A DNA stretch of 64,000 nt, taken from contig PBSN01000012.1 in assembly GCA_002726235.1 (NCBI GenBank), forward strand, positions 1 to 64,000, given 5' to 3'. The notes under the pieces are model-generated. The model ran no database searches. It was not told where the DNA came from and worked only from the letters and a program-made list of their open reading frames with translations. Position 1 is the stretch's first letter; each line of letters opens with the position of its first letter. The position numbers and the translations under genes were made by a program. Source of the DNA: Nitrospiraceae bacterium. GTDB lineage: Bacteria; Nitrospirota; Nitrospiria; Nitrospirales; UBA2166. Positions 19,069 to 29,602 of the stretch are shown here, piece after piece.

Positions 19069-20081
19069 TTCTTGTCCTCCTTTCCGTCCCGCATAAATGT
19101 CTCTGCCAACGATACGTCATCATAACTTCCGATAAAGATAGGCGTACGTTGGTGGATTGTGGTTGGTTGGATATCGAGAATGCGTTTTGTGCCTGTACTG
19201 GCCTTTCCTCCGGCCTGTTCCACGACATATCCCATAGGGGATGATTCGTAGAGAAGTCGAATTTTCCCCTCAGGGTTCTTTGCTTCGCCGGGATAGAGGT
19301 AGATGCCTCCGGTCAATAGTGTTCGATGTACATCTGCGACAAGCGCTCCGATATAGCGACTTGAATAGGGCCTCCCATCATCAGGAATGGGTTTGTGTAA
19401 GTGATCGATGTATCGTTGTGTAGGCGCGGGCCACTTCTGATAGTTACCTTCGTTGACACTGTAGGTGTGTCCACGGCTAGGAATCTTCATGTTTTCGTGT
19501 GACAGCAGAAACTCCCCACTAGCAGGATCGAGGGTGAACCCATGGACGCCTTTTCCACAGCTATAGACCAACATGGTACTTGACCCATATAGGATGTATC
19601 CAGCCGCCGCTTGATCGATTCCTTTTTTCAGGAGGTCAGGGTTCGTTGGCAAGGAAGCCACATCGTTGAGTCTATGGATTGAAAAAATTGATCCGACGGA
19701 GCCGTTCACATCGATGTTCGACGATCCGTCCAACGGATCAAGATAGACAACATATCTTCCTGATGATTGATTTTCTTGGAATACAACGGGATTTTCGTCT
19801 TCTTCGGTGACCATGGCGATAACCTGGGCACCGTGTTGAAATGCCTGCTTGAACGCATTGTTGGCATAGACATCCATCTTTTTGACGACTTCGCCATGGA
19901 CATTGATGTCACCAGTCACACCCAACACGTTCGCAAGTCCAGCGCGGCTCATTTCTCGAGAGATCATTTTTCCGGCAAGGCTGATTTGCGAGAGGAGTAT
20001 GGTGAACTCGTTTGTTGCCTCAGGATGACCTTGCTGTCCTTCTCGAAGAAACAGGGTAAGTGGTGTGCCGATATTGTTCAT
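19065..20081 (-). CDS. fbp: Fructose-1,6-bisphosphatase class 1
   Basis: DPLDGSSNID, RYIGALVADVHR, GKIRLLYE motifs. Confidence 0.96.
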   Translation of the reverse strand: MNNIGTPLTLFLREGQQGHPEATNEFTILLSQISLAGKMISREMSRAGLANVLGVTGDINVHGEVVKKMDVYANNAFKQAFQHGAQVIAMVTEEDENPVVFQENQSSGRYVVYLDPLDGSSNIDVNGSVGSIFSIHRLNDVASLPTNPDLLKKGIDQAAAGYILYGSSTMLVYSCGKGVHGFTLDPASGEFLLSHENMKIPSRGHTYSVNEGNYQKWPAPTQRYIDHLHKPIPDDGRPYSSRYIGALVADVHRTLLTGGIYLYPGEAKNPEGKIRLLYESSPMGYVVEQAGGKASTGTKRILDIQPTTIHQRTPIFIGSYDDVSLAETFMRDGKEDKK

Positions 20082-20096
20082 GTGTGACTGCCCTCC

Positions 20097-21074
20097 TTAC
20101 ACCAACTGGCTGGCGTGGTGAGCTGCTCCAAGCAATGCCGACTTCGGGTTGAGAATAAGCTGAACTGGAATGTTGGCAAGGATGTCGTGATAGCGTCCTT
20201 TTCCGGTAAACCTCTCCATGAATTCTTCATCTTGAAGGTAGGGGAGAATTTTTGGTCCGATGCCGCCGCCGATGTACAATCCGCCGGTTGCCATCGCTTT
20301 CAGTGCCAGATTTCCCGCTTCTGCTCCATAGAGACGAACGAAGAGGCGCACGGCTGCGACACAGGGTTCAAAGGTGTGATCTAGCGCGTTTTTCGTAATC
20401 ACTACTCCGGCGTCTTCGGCTTTCAGTTGTGTGGTCAACCACTCTGGTTCTGTAGCTTTCTGATCCGCGAGCATAAACCGGTAGAGATTGGCGAGCCCCA
20501 TCCCAGACACAACGCGTTCCCAACTTACATGGCCGAATTCATTTCGAAGAAACTGAAGTAACCGAATTTCTTCATCTGTCTCTGGAGCAAAGTCACAATG
20601 TCCCCCCTCTGAAGCTGAAGGGTGATAACAGTTCCCGTCGTAAAAGATGAGTGATTGGCCAAGACCTGTTCCTGCGGCGATGAGCGCTCGATTTCCTATT
20701 GAGTTGGCGTTTCCTTCGTTGAGGGTGAAAAGGTCGTTTTTTTGCAGCCGTTCAATGCTATTGGCCATTGCTTCCAAGTCATTGAGTAGCGTAACAGAAC
20801 GGACATTGATCGTCTGTGCCAGCTTGTGTGCGTCGATGATCCAGGGAAGGTTGGTCGTTTCGCAATAGCCATTGACCACTGGACCGGCAACACCAAAACA
20901 GACTCCGGAAAGTTCAAGTGCTATGGATCCAATTGCGGCGTGTACTACGGCTTCAAGCCCGTCGTATTCACGGCTGGGGAATGACCACTCTTTGACCGTG
21001 GTCAGACGGTTTTCGTCTGAATTCATCAGGGCCAGAAGGGTCTTGGTGCCGCCGACGTCTCCAGCCAGAATCAT
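20097..21074 (-). CDS. glk: Glucokinase
   Basis: LAGDVGGTKT, LLNDLEA, GTGLG, SEGGH, GGGIGPK motifs. Confidence 0.95.
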   Translation of the reverse strand: MILAGDVGGTKTLLALMNSDENRLTTVKEWSFPSREYDGLEAVVHAAIGSIALELSGVCFGVAGPVVNGYCETTNLPWIIDAHKLAQTINVRSVTLLNDLEAMANSIERLQKNDLFTLNEGNANSIGNRALIAAGTGLGQSLIFYDGNCYHPSASEGGHCDFAPETDEEIRLLQFLRNEFGHVSWERVVSGMGLANLYRFMLADQKATEPEWLTTQLKAEDAGVVITKNALDHTFEPCVAAVRLFVRLYGAEAGNLALKAMATGGLYIGGGIGPKILPYLQDEEFMERFTGKGRYHDILANIPVQLILNPKSALLGAAHHASQLV

Positions 21075-21811
21075 TGTGTCAACAAGGCTGACGCGGATTT
21101 CTCGATTAGCCAGAGCTGAAAACCGCGTTTTTGGCGAACAAGCTGGGCAGGGAATTCTTGAGGGTTACTCGGTCCTTCGAGAACTTGGCGCAGGGCCTCT
21201 GCTTTGTCCTCACCGGCGACAAGGAAGAGGAGTTGCTTCGCTTCGTTGATGATGGGAAAGGTCATGGTAATGCGCCAGTTCTCCGTTTCTGGAATTTTGT
21301 TGGCCGTCGCCATCTGCGTTGTGACATGAAGCGCCTCACTATGGGGAAAAAGTGAGGCGATATGGCCATCTGCTCCGACACCTAAGAACATGAGATCAAA
21401 AACAGGTAGCTCACCTGGAGCTAAATTAAATGCTTTCATGAGTGTCAATTCATACTTTAGGGCGATGGCCTGAGGGTCTGGACGTTCAGTCATAATCCGA
21501 TGGATATTGCCGGTTGGAATGGGAACTTTAGAGAGGAGACTGTCCGAGGCCATTTTATAATTACTGTCGTCGTGGTCCGGTGGTACGTGACGCTCATCGC
21601 CGAAAAACCAATAGGTGGATTCCCAGGGAATGCGAGACTCAAATTCTTTACTGGCCAGGCGTTCATAGAGTTTTCGCGGTGTCTTTCCTCCCGAGAGCGC
21701 GATCATGCATTTTTTTCGCTCTTGGACCGCACGTTCAATGATTTCGGCCATGTGGTTCGCACCACGCTGGCTCATCTCTTCAACATCAGCCACGATAATT
21801 CGTTCACTCAT
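21071..21811 (-). CDS. pgl: 6-phosphogluconolactonase
   Basis: Start reassigned to ATG 21811 (GAGGAG RBS); ALSGGKTP, GDERHVP, DGHIASLFP, RITMT motifs. Confidence 0.93.
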   Translation of the reverse strand: MSERIIVADVEEMSQRGANHMAEIIERAVQERKKCMIALSGGKTPRKLYERLASKEFESRIPWESTYWFFGDERHVPPDHDDSNYKMASDSLLSKVPIPTGNIHRIMTERPDPQAIALKYELTLMKAFNLAPGELPVFDLMFLGVGADGHIASLFPHSEALHVTTQMATANKIPETENWRITMTFPIINEAKQLLFLVAGEDKAEALRQVLEGPSNPQEFPAQLVRQKRGFQLWLIEKSASALLTQ

Positions 21812-21961
21812 TGATAACTCCTCATCGAAAGGGGGTTCATCGTCTGCCCATTCGCAGGGTGTGCAAAAAGGCTTGTCCAACCAGTCAGGATTGCATGGGC
21901 GTACGTGCAGACAACAAGGGGGCAACAAGATCTGCCACTGGTAACCTTTTTCAACATCCTG

Positions 21962-23467
21962 CTAAAGTTTACGCCATTTACGTAGATCTTTTCGAATCAG
22001 ATCGTCGGATTCATCCGGGCCCCAACTGCCCGATTGATATTCGGGAAGTTGGGGGCGTGGAATGCCATTCCAGACATGGAGGATGCGAGTCACTAGGTCC
22101 CATGCATGTTCAATTTCGTCGCGTCGTGCAAAAAGGGTAGAGTCGCCGGTCAAGCAGTCAGACAATAATCGCTCGTATGCTTCCGGTTGCGCATCTTGAA
22201 AAGACGTTTCGTACAGAAAATCCATTTGTACGGGATCAATGCGAATGGTTGTGCCGGGCGCTTTGCTTCCAAATCCAAGGGAGATGCCTTCGTTTGGCTG
22301 AATACGCAGTGCCAACACGTTGGGTTCAAGCGTATAACATCCTGCAGATCGGAAGAGGGCATAAGGGGCGTGCTTAAAGTAAATCGCCACCTCTGTGAGG
22401 CGTTTCGCCAGCCGCTTGCCAACGCGCAAGTAGAACGGAACCCCAGCCCACCGCCAATTGTCGATATCCAGACGCATGGCTACAAAGGTCTCGGTGGTTG
22501 ACTTCGGATTCACCTCAGGCTCTTGTCGGTAGCCAACCATTGCGTTCCCGTCGATATTTTTGGCCACGTATTGCGCTCGAACCACATGGTCGGTCACATC
22601 GGTTTGCGAATAGGGGCGGATTGCATGGAGGACTTTTACTTTTTCGTCTCGGATGGCATTGGCTTCGAATGCTACTGGTGGTTCCATGGCAATGAGCGTG
22701 AGTAGTTGCAGGACGTGGCTCTGGATCATGTCTCGCAGAATTCCAGCTTCTTCAAAATATGATCCGCGTTCTTCAACGCCGAGTGGCTCGGCAACTGTAA
22801 TCTGAACGTGATCTATATAGTGATTGTTCCAGAGCGGTTCAAAAATTCCATTGCTCATCCGGAAGACCAAAATATTCTGAACGGTTTCTTTCCCAAGGTA
22901 ATGGTCGATACGATAAATCTGGTCTTCTTGAAACACGGCAGCAATTTGCTCATTGAGTATTCTCGCAGTTTCAAGGTCACTTCCAAACGGTTTCTCAACG
23001 ATGATCCGTGTCCATCCATCATCATTGGCTTCTTTGGTGACAAGGCCTGCCCCCCCAAGGCGCTGAATGATGACCGAAAAGACGCTTGGGGGTGTGGCGA
23101 GATAAAACAGACGGTTGCTTGGCCCCGTATTCTTTGGGGGAAGAGAGTCTAAGAATTTCAGAAGGCTAGCGTAGTCTTCCGCGTTGGCAAAATCCCCCTT
23201 GTGGTAATAGACACGTTCGGCGAATGTTTTCCACGGGCATTTCCCGCTTTCCTCTGCCTTATCTTTGAATCGCGAATGTTGTTTGATCGCCTCACCTAGC
23301 TCTGTCCTAAACTGCTCATGGCTTTTTTCTTTTCGCGCAAAGCCGACAATCACCACATCGTCAGCAATGAGGGTTTCACAGCTAAGTGCATAGAGTGCTG
23401 GAAGAAGCTTGCGTTTGGTGAGGTCTCCGGAGGCACCGAAAATCACGATATGAGTAGGAGATGACAT
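21962..23467 (-). CDS. zwf: Glucose-6-phosphate 1-dehydrogenase
   Basis: IFGASGDL, EKPFG, RIDHYLGKE, RWAGVPFYLR motifs. Confidence 0.97.
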   Translation of the reverse strand: MSSPTHIVIFGASGDLTKRKLLPALYALSCETLIADDVVIVGFARKEKSHEQFRTELGEAIKQHSRFKDKAEESGKCPWKTFAERVYYHKGDFANAEDYASLLKFLDSLPPKNTGPSNRLFYLATPPSVFSVIIQRLGGAGLVTKEANDDGWTRIIVEKPFGSDLETARILNEQIAAVFQEDQIYRIDHYLGKETVQNILVFRMSNGIFEPLWNNHYIDHVQITVAEPLGVEERGSYFEEAGILRDMIQSHVLQLLTLIAMEPPVAFEANAIRDEKVKVLHAIRPYSQTDVTDHVVRAQYVAKNIDGNAMVGYRQEPEVNPKSTTETFVAMRLDIDNWRWAGVPFYLRVGKRLAKRLTEVAIYFKHAPYALFRSAGCYTLEPNVLALRIQPNEGISLGFGSKAPGTTIRIDPVQMDFLYETSFQDAQPEAYERLLSDCLTGDSTLFARRDEIEHAWDLVTRILHVWNGIPRPQLPEYQSGSWGPDESDDLIRKDLRKWRKL

Positions 23468-23477
23468 CGTTCGGTCT

Positions 23478-24614
23478 TTACGAGAATGATTCGTGTATGG
23501 TCGGAGAAGGCCTCAACTCAGAACATGCGGTGCGATACAATCGTTCTGTCGCTTCGATCATATGATCAAGACTGTAGCTTTTCTCTATCAGGCGTCTGCC
23601 GTTGATTCCCATTTGTTTACTTGTGTATGTGTCTTTGATGCCCTGCTCAACACTTTGCGCCAAAGCCAGTGCGTCCGCTGGAGGAACGAGTAACCCGGTG
23701 TAGCCGTGGAGCACCACCTCCTTAGTCCCTCCTGTATCGGTTGCCACCACTGGTTTTTCCAGTCCAAGGGCTTGGAGGAGGACCTGCGAGATGCCTTCAC
23801 TGCCGGTGGTGGGGAGCACGAGGACATCGAGTGCAGCCAAAATCTGCGGGACGTCCTCACGGTATCCCAACAAGTGCACGCGATTCTCTAGTCCAAGCTC
23901 ACGAATGCGTGCTCGGACCTTTTCCTTGATTGGCCCATCTCCAGCAATGCAAAACCAGCAATTCTTGACCGATTGGAGCAGGTGTTTGGCGGCATCCACG
24001 AAGTAGAGCACTCCTTTTTCAAAACGAAGAAATCCTACCATTCCCACCAAAATCGCGTCTGCAGGAAGTGATAGTTCTTTACGAAGATGGGAATTGCGGC
24101 TGCCATTTTGCAACTTTAGAAGATCTACTCCCGTTGGAATGGAGAATATGCGTGTTTGGTCAAAGCCGTTTTGAATATGCATTGCGTTTCGGATCGTTTC
24201 ACCTGTCGTAATGATGCGATCAGCGAGCTTCTCGTAGAGAAACCGACTCAGCCAGCCAGTCGAGATTGGTGTGGCTTTGTGTCGTGTCCGAATCAGGATC
24301 GGGCGTTGCGGGGCCAAGCGGGCTGCAATGCCAGCGATCCATGTGTCAGTTGACCCGTGAGTGTGGACAATATCAGGAGAAAATCGGTCGATCAGTTTGT
24401 AGACCATGTGTACTCCGCAGGGAAGTGTCCAACGATTCATGTTGATCGGTTCCACTGCAAGTCCGGCGTTTCGAGCGAGGCTCTCCATTTGACTGTCGAT
24501 CTGAGTTACGAGGAGAACGTCATGTCCTCTTCGAGCCATGCTTTCTGACTCAGCAAGGGTTCTGAACTCTTGTCCCCCTAGTCCTTCTGAGCTTTCGGTA
24601 TGCATAATTCTCAT
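23478..24614 (-). CDS. Glycosyltransferase family 4 (GT-B) protein
   Basis: Start at MRIMHTESS..GGQE; EKG; EGISQVLLQA variant of the EX7E motif; PVVATDTGG. Confidence 0.88.
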   Translation of the reverse strand: MRIMHTESSEGLGGQEFRTLAESESMARRGHDVLLVTQIDSQMESLARNAGLAVEPINMNRWTLPCGVHMVYKLIDRFSPDIVHTHGSTDTWIAGIAARLAPQRPILIRTRHKATPISTGWLSRFLYEKLADRIITTGETIRNAMHIQNGFDQTRIFSIPTGVDLLKLQNGSRNSHLRKELSLPADAILVGMVGFLRFEKGVLYFVDAAKHLLQSVKNCWFCIAGDGPIKEKVRARIRELGLENRVHLLGYREDVPQILAALDVLVLPTTGSEGISQVLLQALGLEKPVVATDTGGTKEVVLHGYTGLLVPPADALALAQSVEQGIKDTYTSKQMGINGRRLIEKSYSLDHMIEATERLYRTACSELRPSPTIHESFS

Positions 24615-24746
24615 GGCATGGCGTTTACTTGAGTGGTATGTCGAAACGCCGAATGTTACCAAATCCTGACCAATGCTGTAACTGTTTTTATGGTCTGATG
24701 GGGGGGGCGTGTGTGGCGTTAGCAAATTCCAGAAAATGCTATGGGT

Positions 24747-25934
24747 TTATCTGAGTGCGTTAACGGTATTTAGCCCAACCTTGCCGTCGACTACCATTCC
24801 CTTCTGCTTTTGGAAGGTTCTGACGGCACGATCGGTTTCCTTGCCAAAAATACCGTCGATGCGATCAGCTGGAAATCCGAGGGCGCGTTGTAGCGCAGCA
24901 ACATCCTCTCCGCGCATGAGTGGCGTCTTCAGAAATAAAATGCGGTTTTGCTGTAGTGAAGTCCGCTGTTTACGCGCTTCATATTTGGTGTGAATTGCTT
25001 GTGTCTGTGCTTTGATTTTGCGTTCCAATCTCTGGATGTGGTCGTCTTCAACGGCGGTGATGCGATCTGTGGCATCATCCGATGAATCTTCTTGTTCCAA
25101 AGGTTGTTGCTGTATTTTTGATGAGACCATTTGTTCTGGACGAGAGGGAGGTGTCTCTACTGTGGGTGGGTGTATCGGTTTTGATTTCTGTAACGTTGTG
25201 TTCATGGGGAGTAATTGGCCAATACTGGACGGTCCTTCACTGGCCATATTTGTTGCCAATGGTGTGGCTGATGACTGGATAGAGGTGTAGTCGATGATAA
25301 TCTCTTTTCTTTCCTGTCCGAAGAAGTGCTTGCCAAAACCGACGAAATGTTCCTTCCTGGTAAAACTCAGATCATATGTCTGAGGGCGTATCGCTGACGG
25401 GTGAGGGGATACATATGTCCTTCCGCAGAGTGAACTCGGACTATTATCAGCGTCAATCGATTGAAAACAGTTGAGGGTGAGGTGGAGCGTATTTTCTTTA
25501 ACGAACATTTCTCCCGCCGTGACCTCATAGCGGTTTCCGACCGGATTGATCATTGCAAAAATGACACGTTCCTGTGGTGTGGCTTGCAGAAAAGCCTTAT
25601 GGATGTGGGGTGCGAAGAGCGTGATGTCGTGTTTGGAAAAGACCCTCATCTGTTTGGCGGGTCCCTTAAACGCGTGCTGAAAAAATGACCGATGTTCTTC
25701 AACGCGTGTTGAGTCGAAAATGGTGTGGATCTGGCCCGTCTCAATGTCTATCGGATGGGTATAGCGGCGGGGGTCATCTGGTCCCCCAATGCTTCGATCA
25801 AGATCCAGACGCACAAGGTACGGGTCGCCTTGAAAAATGATTGTAGGGGGCATCTTTATTCCGGCGCATCCGGTGATGAGAAGGGTGGCTAGGATGACGA
25901 CGACGCGTTGAAAAGATGGGAGCAATACCATCAT
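24747..25934 (-). CDS. Lipoprotein with C-terminal peptidoglycan-binding domain
   Basis: Lipobox ITG-C; C-terminal GEDVAALQRALG...DGIFGKETDRAVRTFQ...VDGKVG (PG_binding_1); GGAGGAG RBS before MMVLL. Confidence 0.8.
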   Translation of the reverse strand: MMVLLPSFQRVVVILATLLITGCAGIKMPPTIIFQGDPYLVRLDLDRSIGGPDDPRRYTHPIDIETGQIHTIFDSTRVEEHRSFFQHAFKGPAKQMRVFSKHDITLFAPHIHKAFLQATPQERVIFAMINPVGNRYEVTAGEMFVKENTLHLTLNCFQSIDADNSPSSLCGRTYVSPHPSAIRPQTYDLSFTRKEHFVGFGKHFFGQERKEIIIDYTSIQSSATPLATNMASEGPSSIGQLLPMNTTLQKSKPIHPPTVETPPSRPEQMVSSKIQQQPLEQEDSSDDATDRITAVEDDHIQRLERKIKAQTQAIHTKYEARKQRTSLQQNRILFLKTPLMRGEDVAALQRALGFPADRIDGIFGKETDRAVRTFQKQKGMVVDGKVGLNTVNALR

Positions 25935-25994
25935 CAGCTCTCCTCCAGTTATAGATTTATGAGGGATGGGGCTACGTGCCAAAACGAGAGGGTT

Positions 25995-26921
25995 TCAGAA
26001 CTCTTTAAGCCTTCCCACAGCCTCTGTGGCTGAGCGAAGACCTTTCCTCTCGACAATGGTCGTGAGTTCCTGCTCAAGTCGGACAAACACTTGCGGGCCT
26101 TCTTCGACGAATGCGGTGCCAATCTGTACTGCCGATGCGCCTGCTAGTAGGTGCTCATAGATATCCTGTCCAGTTTCAATGCCACCCACGCCGATGATTG
26201 GGATATGGCCCTGAAATCTGAGGGCAAAGGCCCGAACATTTGCCAGCGCGACGGGCTTGATAATAGCTCCACCTAGTCCTCCAAATCCACCTTTAGGTTT
26301 AATGATGACGGCATCTGTTTCTGGATTGATGACCAGTCCATTGCCTATTGAGTTGATTACGGAGATGAAGTTAACGCCACATCGCTTGAGGATTGTTGCC
26401 ATGTGGTCGTGGTGAGCGGGATCGAAGTATGGAGGAAGTTTTGCGCCCATCGGACGATTTACCACGTTTCGAATTCGGGTGAGGAGTTGCTCTGCAGTTT
26501 CGAAGTCGTATGCGATTTGAGGATGTCCCTCGATGTTTGGGCAGGAGAGGTTGATTTCCATCAGGTCAGGTTTTACAGCATCAATTGCCGTTGCAATGTC
26601 AAGAAACTCAGCGGGGCTGAAACCTGCGATGCTCGCAATGACAGGTTTCTTGAATTCCTTGAGACGGGGAATGAGGTCGACATATGCCTGATATCCGAGA
26701 TTCGGGAGTCCCATTGAGTTGATCGAACCGTGTGGGAACGTGACATATCGTGGGGTTGGGTTTCCGTCTCGTGCATTGAGTGTCATCGACTTTGTCACGA
26801 TGGCACCTGATCGCGAATTTCCAATTGCCTCAAGCTCTTCAGCGGTCACACAACGAGCACCAGCGGCATTCATGATGCAAGTAGGGAATGTGATACCAGC
26901 AATTTCAACAGTAGGGTTCAT
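25995..26921 (-). CDS. pyrD: Dihydroorotate dehydrogenase, family 1 (1A-like)
   Basis: NSMGLPN, NLSCPN, KLPPYFD, GGLGG, IIGVGGI motifs. Confidence 0.92.
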   Translation of the reverse strand: MNPTVEIAGITFPTCIMNAAGARCVTAEELEAIGNSRSGAIVTKSMTLNARDGNPTPRYVTFPHGSINSMGLPNLGYQAYVDLIPRLKEFKKPVIASIAGFSPAEFLDIATAIDAVKPDLMEINLSCPNIEGHPQIAYDFETAEQLLTRIRNVVNRPMGAKLPPYFDPAHHDHMATILKRCGVNFISVINSIGNGLVINPETDAVIIKPKGGFGGLGGAIIKPVALANVRAFALRFQGHIPIIGVGGIETGQDIYEHLLAGASAVQIGTAFVEEGPQVFVRLEQELTTIVERKGLRSATEAVGRLKEF

Positions 26922-26951
26922 GCTCTTGGGTCCTGACTTTTCATGAGGCGC

Positions 26952-28163
26952 TCACTGGCGGTTGTCTAAGCAGACCCGGATGAGATCGAGGATTTTCATG
27001 GCCATTCCACGTTTGGGCATCAGAGGCATATCTTCAACAATGCCGTGCGCATCTAAGACAATGGCTGCATTGGTATCGGAGCCAAATCCAGCGTCGGGTT
27101 GGGTGACATCGTTTGCAACGATCATGTCGAGCCCTTTCTCCTTAAGCTTTCGTGTGGCTTCTTCAATGAGGTTTTCCGTTTCTGCTGCAAATCCCACCAT
27201 GAATTGCCCGGTTTTTTTTGCGGCCAAGTTGCCCACAATATCTGGGGTTAGAGATAACGCGAGTGACAAGTGCTTTTGTCCTTGTTTTTTGAGCTTGGTT
27301 TCTGCAGGGTGAGTGAGTCGGTAGTCTGCAACGGCCGCGGCCATGATGACAACCGTTGCGCGTGCAAAATGTTTGTGCACTTCATCCTGCATTTCCTCAG
27401 CCGTTGAAACCGATATGGTGTGAACGCCTGGTGGTGGTGTGAGGGATGTCGGCCCCGTAATGAAGGTGACTTGGGCTCCTCGTTTCTGGGCAGATTGTGC
27501 CAGAGCGTATCCCATTTTTCCCGACGATCGGTTTGTGATATATCGAACTGGATCAATTGCCTCGTGTGTCGGTCCGGCAGTGATCAACAGCACTTCGTTG
27601 TGATAGTCACCAGGCATCGTGAGCAGGGAGATGATTGACGACATGATTGTCTCTTCGGATGGGAACCGGCCCCATCCAATATGTCCAGAAGCGAGAGTGC
27701 CAAATTCCGGATCGAGGACCTCCACGCCAGTCTCGCGTAGGGTTTTCACATTTTGCTGGACCAGCGGATGTTGCCACATGCCCCCATCCATGGCTGGGAC
27801 AAGTAATAGCGGTGCATGTGACGCGAGGATAAGCGTAGACAACAAGTCATCGGCTAGCCCTTGTGCAAAGCGCCCTATCAAATTTGCTGTCGCGGGACTA
27901 ACCAAGATGAGATCTGCAGTTTCTGCCAGTCTGAGGTGAGTCATATTGTCGTCAGTGGCAAACAAATCGGTATGGACTGGATGACCGGATAAGGTTTGAA
28001 AGGTGAGAGGAGTGATAAATTGACGGGCGGACGCCGTCATCACTACTTCCACGTCAGCGCCTAGGTCAGTAAGTCGTCGAAGCAGAAGGATTGCCTTATA
28101 TGCGGCAATGCTCCCACCCACTCCGAGCACGATACGCTTTCCAAATAGTTGTTTTGTGGTCAC
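26952..28163 (-). CDS. coaBC: Bifunctional phosphopantothenoylcysteine decarboxylase/synthetase
   Basis: GSIAAYK, PATAN, TAGPTHEAIDPVRYITNRSSGKMG, AAVADY, GFAAET motifs. Confidence 0.96.
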   Translation of the reverse strand: MTTKQLFGKRIVLGVGGSIAAYKAILLLRRLTDLGADVEVVMTASARQFITPLTFQTLSGHPVHTDLFATDDNMTHLRLAETADLILVSPATANLIGRFAQGLADDLLSTLILASHAPLLLVPAMDGGMWQHPLVQQNVKTLRETGVEVLDPEFGTLASGHIGWGRFPSEETIMSSIISLLTMPGDYHNEVLLITAGPTHEAIDPVRYITNRSSGKMGYALAQSAQKRGAQVTFITGPTSLTPPPGVHTISVSTAEEMQDEVHKHFARATVVIMAAAVADYRLTHPAETKLKKQGQKHLSLALSLTPDIVGNLAAKKTGQFMVGFAAETENLIEEATRKLKEKGLDMIVANDVTQPDAGFGSDTNAAIVLDAHGIVEDMPLMPKRGMAMKILDLIRVCLDNRQ

Positions 28164-28329
28164 TCGAGGGGTTCGACCGTGGTGTGAAAATGAGCAAATC
28201 AGAGCAATGCTGGTCTAACCACACACTATATCAACCATGTTCCATTGAGGTCAAAGTCGGAGTCCTCTTGCACCGTTTTTGGAGCAGACGAGCATTGCTG
28301 CATTAAGTAAACTAAGATTGGGACGCAGC

Positions 28330-28372
28330 TTGACGGGGATTGAACGGTTTGATTCAATGATAATAGCAATCA
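28330..28372 (+). promoter_or_regulatory. Possible sigma70 promoter with overlapping Fur-box-like site
   Basis: TTGACG(28330)-N17-TTCAAT; TGATAAT-A-GCAATCA (28358-28372) resembles the 7-1-7 Fur consensus, with a perfect left half and 4/7 right half. Confidence 0.4.
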
Positions 28373-28447
28373 AGAGCGTTTTCGGCGGAGAATTGGGATA
28401 TTGCTACCGCAACACTTGGAAGTTGATTTTGTGACTGGAGGAATGTT

Positions 28448-29449
28448 GTGAGGTGTACTATCAGGATGACCACGGTTATTGTGGCCGGGGTGATGCTTTT
28501 TTTGGCGACGGTCCCAGTGTTTGGGGCCGACATGATTTTGTATTCTGGGAGAAAAGAAAAGGCCATCAAGCCGGTGGCAGATGCCTTTACCGCAAAGACT
28601 GGTATTACGATTGCTCTCAAAACTGGAAAAACCTCAGGGTTGGCGAACACTCTTCTTCTTGAAAAGCGTAGACCGCGTGCGGATGTGTTCATCGCAACTG
28701 TGGGTGGTGTGATGGAGATCTTGGCCGAGAAAGGTGTGTTGTCTTCCTATAGCTCCTTGGCGACGGAACGATTGCCGGCGGAATTTAAAAGTGCATCGGG
28801 GCATTGGGCTGGGATTTCGGGGCGGGCGAGGATCATCATTTACAATACTGAGCTCGTTGCCACAGATGATGTTCCACAATCGGTGTTCGAACTGGTTGAT
28901 CCTAAATGGCAGGGAAAGGTTGCCGTGGCTGGGACGAGAGAGCGAACCACTCTGAGTTGGGCTTCTTGGCTTGTTCATGAAAGGGGCAAAGATTCGATCC
29001 AAAAGTATTTTCAGCAACTAGGATTGAATGGTCTCACAATCCTGTCTGACAATTCTGAGGTGTGGCGTGGGGTAGGACGAGGAGAGTTTGTGATTGGACT
29101 GACGAACTCTCCAAACTCTCATTTGGCTGTTAAGGCGGGATTGCCGGTTGGTGAAGTGTATCCCGATCAGGATACGATTGGCACGTTGGTCAATCTTAAT
29201 GCCATCGCGGTCGTTCAGGGTGCTCCACATCCTGAGAAGGCGAAGCGATTTGTCGATTTCGTGCTTTCGCCCAACGGACAACGATTGTTGGTTGAAAATG
29301 CCTATGAGATCCCATTACTGGCAAACGTTGACTCCGGATCGGTGAAACCACTTTCAGCGATGAAAACACCGTCAATCACCGTCCGTAGCCTTGCCGCAGC
29401 CGCCGACTCTACGATGGATCTTCTCCGAAACATCGACCCACGCTGGTAA
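28448..29449 (+). CDS. Extracellular solute-binding protein, FbpA/FutA-like family (ligand uncertain)
   Basis: Signal peptide; YSGRKE, RADVF, GRARIIIYNT, DPKWQGK, AKRFVDFVLS motifs; no ABC permease or ATPase next to it. Confidence 0.85.
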   Translation: MRCTIRMTTVIVAGVMLFLATVPVFGADMILYSGRKEKAIKPVADAFTAKTGITIALKTGKTSGLANTLLLEKRRPRADVFIATVGGVMEILAEKGVLSSYSSLATERLPAEFKSASGHWAGISGRARIIIYNTELVATDDVPQSVFELVDPKWQGKVAVAGTRERTTLSWASWLVHERGKDSIQKYFQQLGLNGLTILSDNSEVWRGVGRGEFVIGLTNSPNSHLAVKAGLPVGEVYPDQDTIGTLVNLNAIAVVQGAPHPEKAKRFVDFVLSPNGQRLLVENAYEIPLLANVDSGSVKPLSAMKTPSITVRSLAAAADSTMDLLRNIDPRW

Positions 29450-29602
29450 ACCTGGTTTTGCTATGTGGGGCTTTCGACCGGTATTTCAGCGTATCCTTCT
29501 GTTCCGACTCTACCATGGAACCGAGGCGTTTAACACCGTACAATGCCACGTTCGGTCAAGGGATGAGGATGTTATGAATAGAACCTTATGTGAGAGGGCA
29601 TC

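Noticed and set aside
21812..21961. opcA remnant or Cys-rich N-terminal extension of pgl
   Set aside because: Only vague resemblance; a good RBS supports the pgl start at 21811
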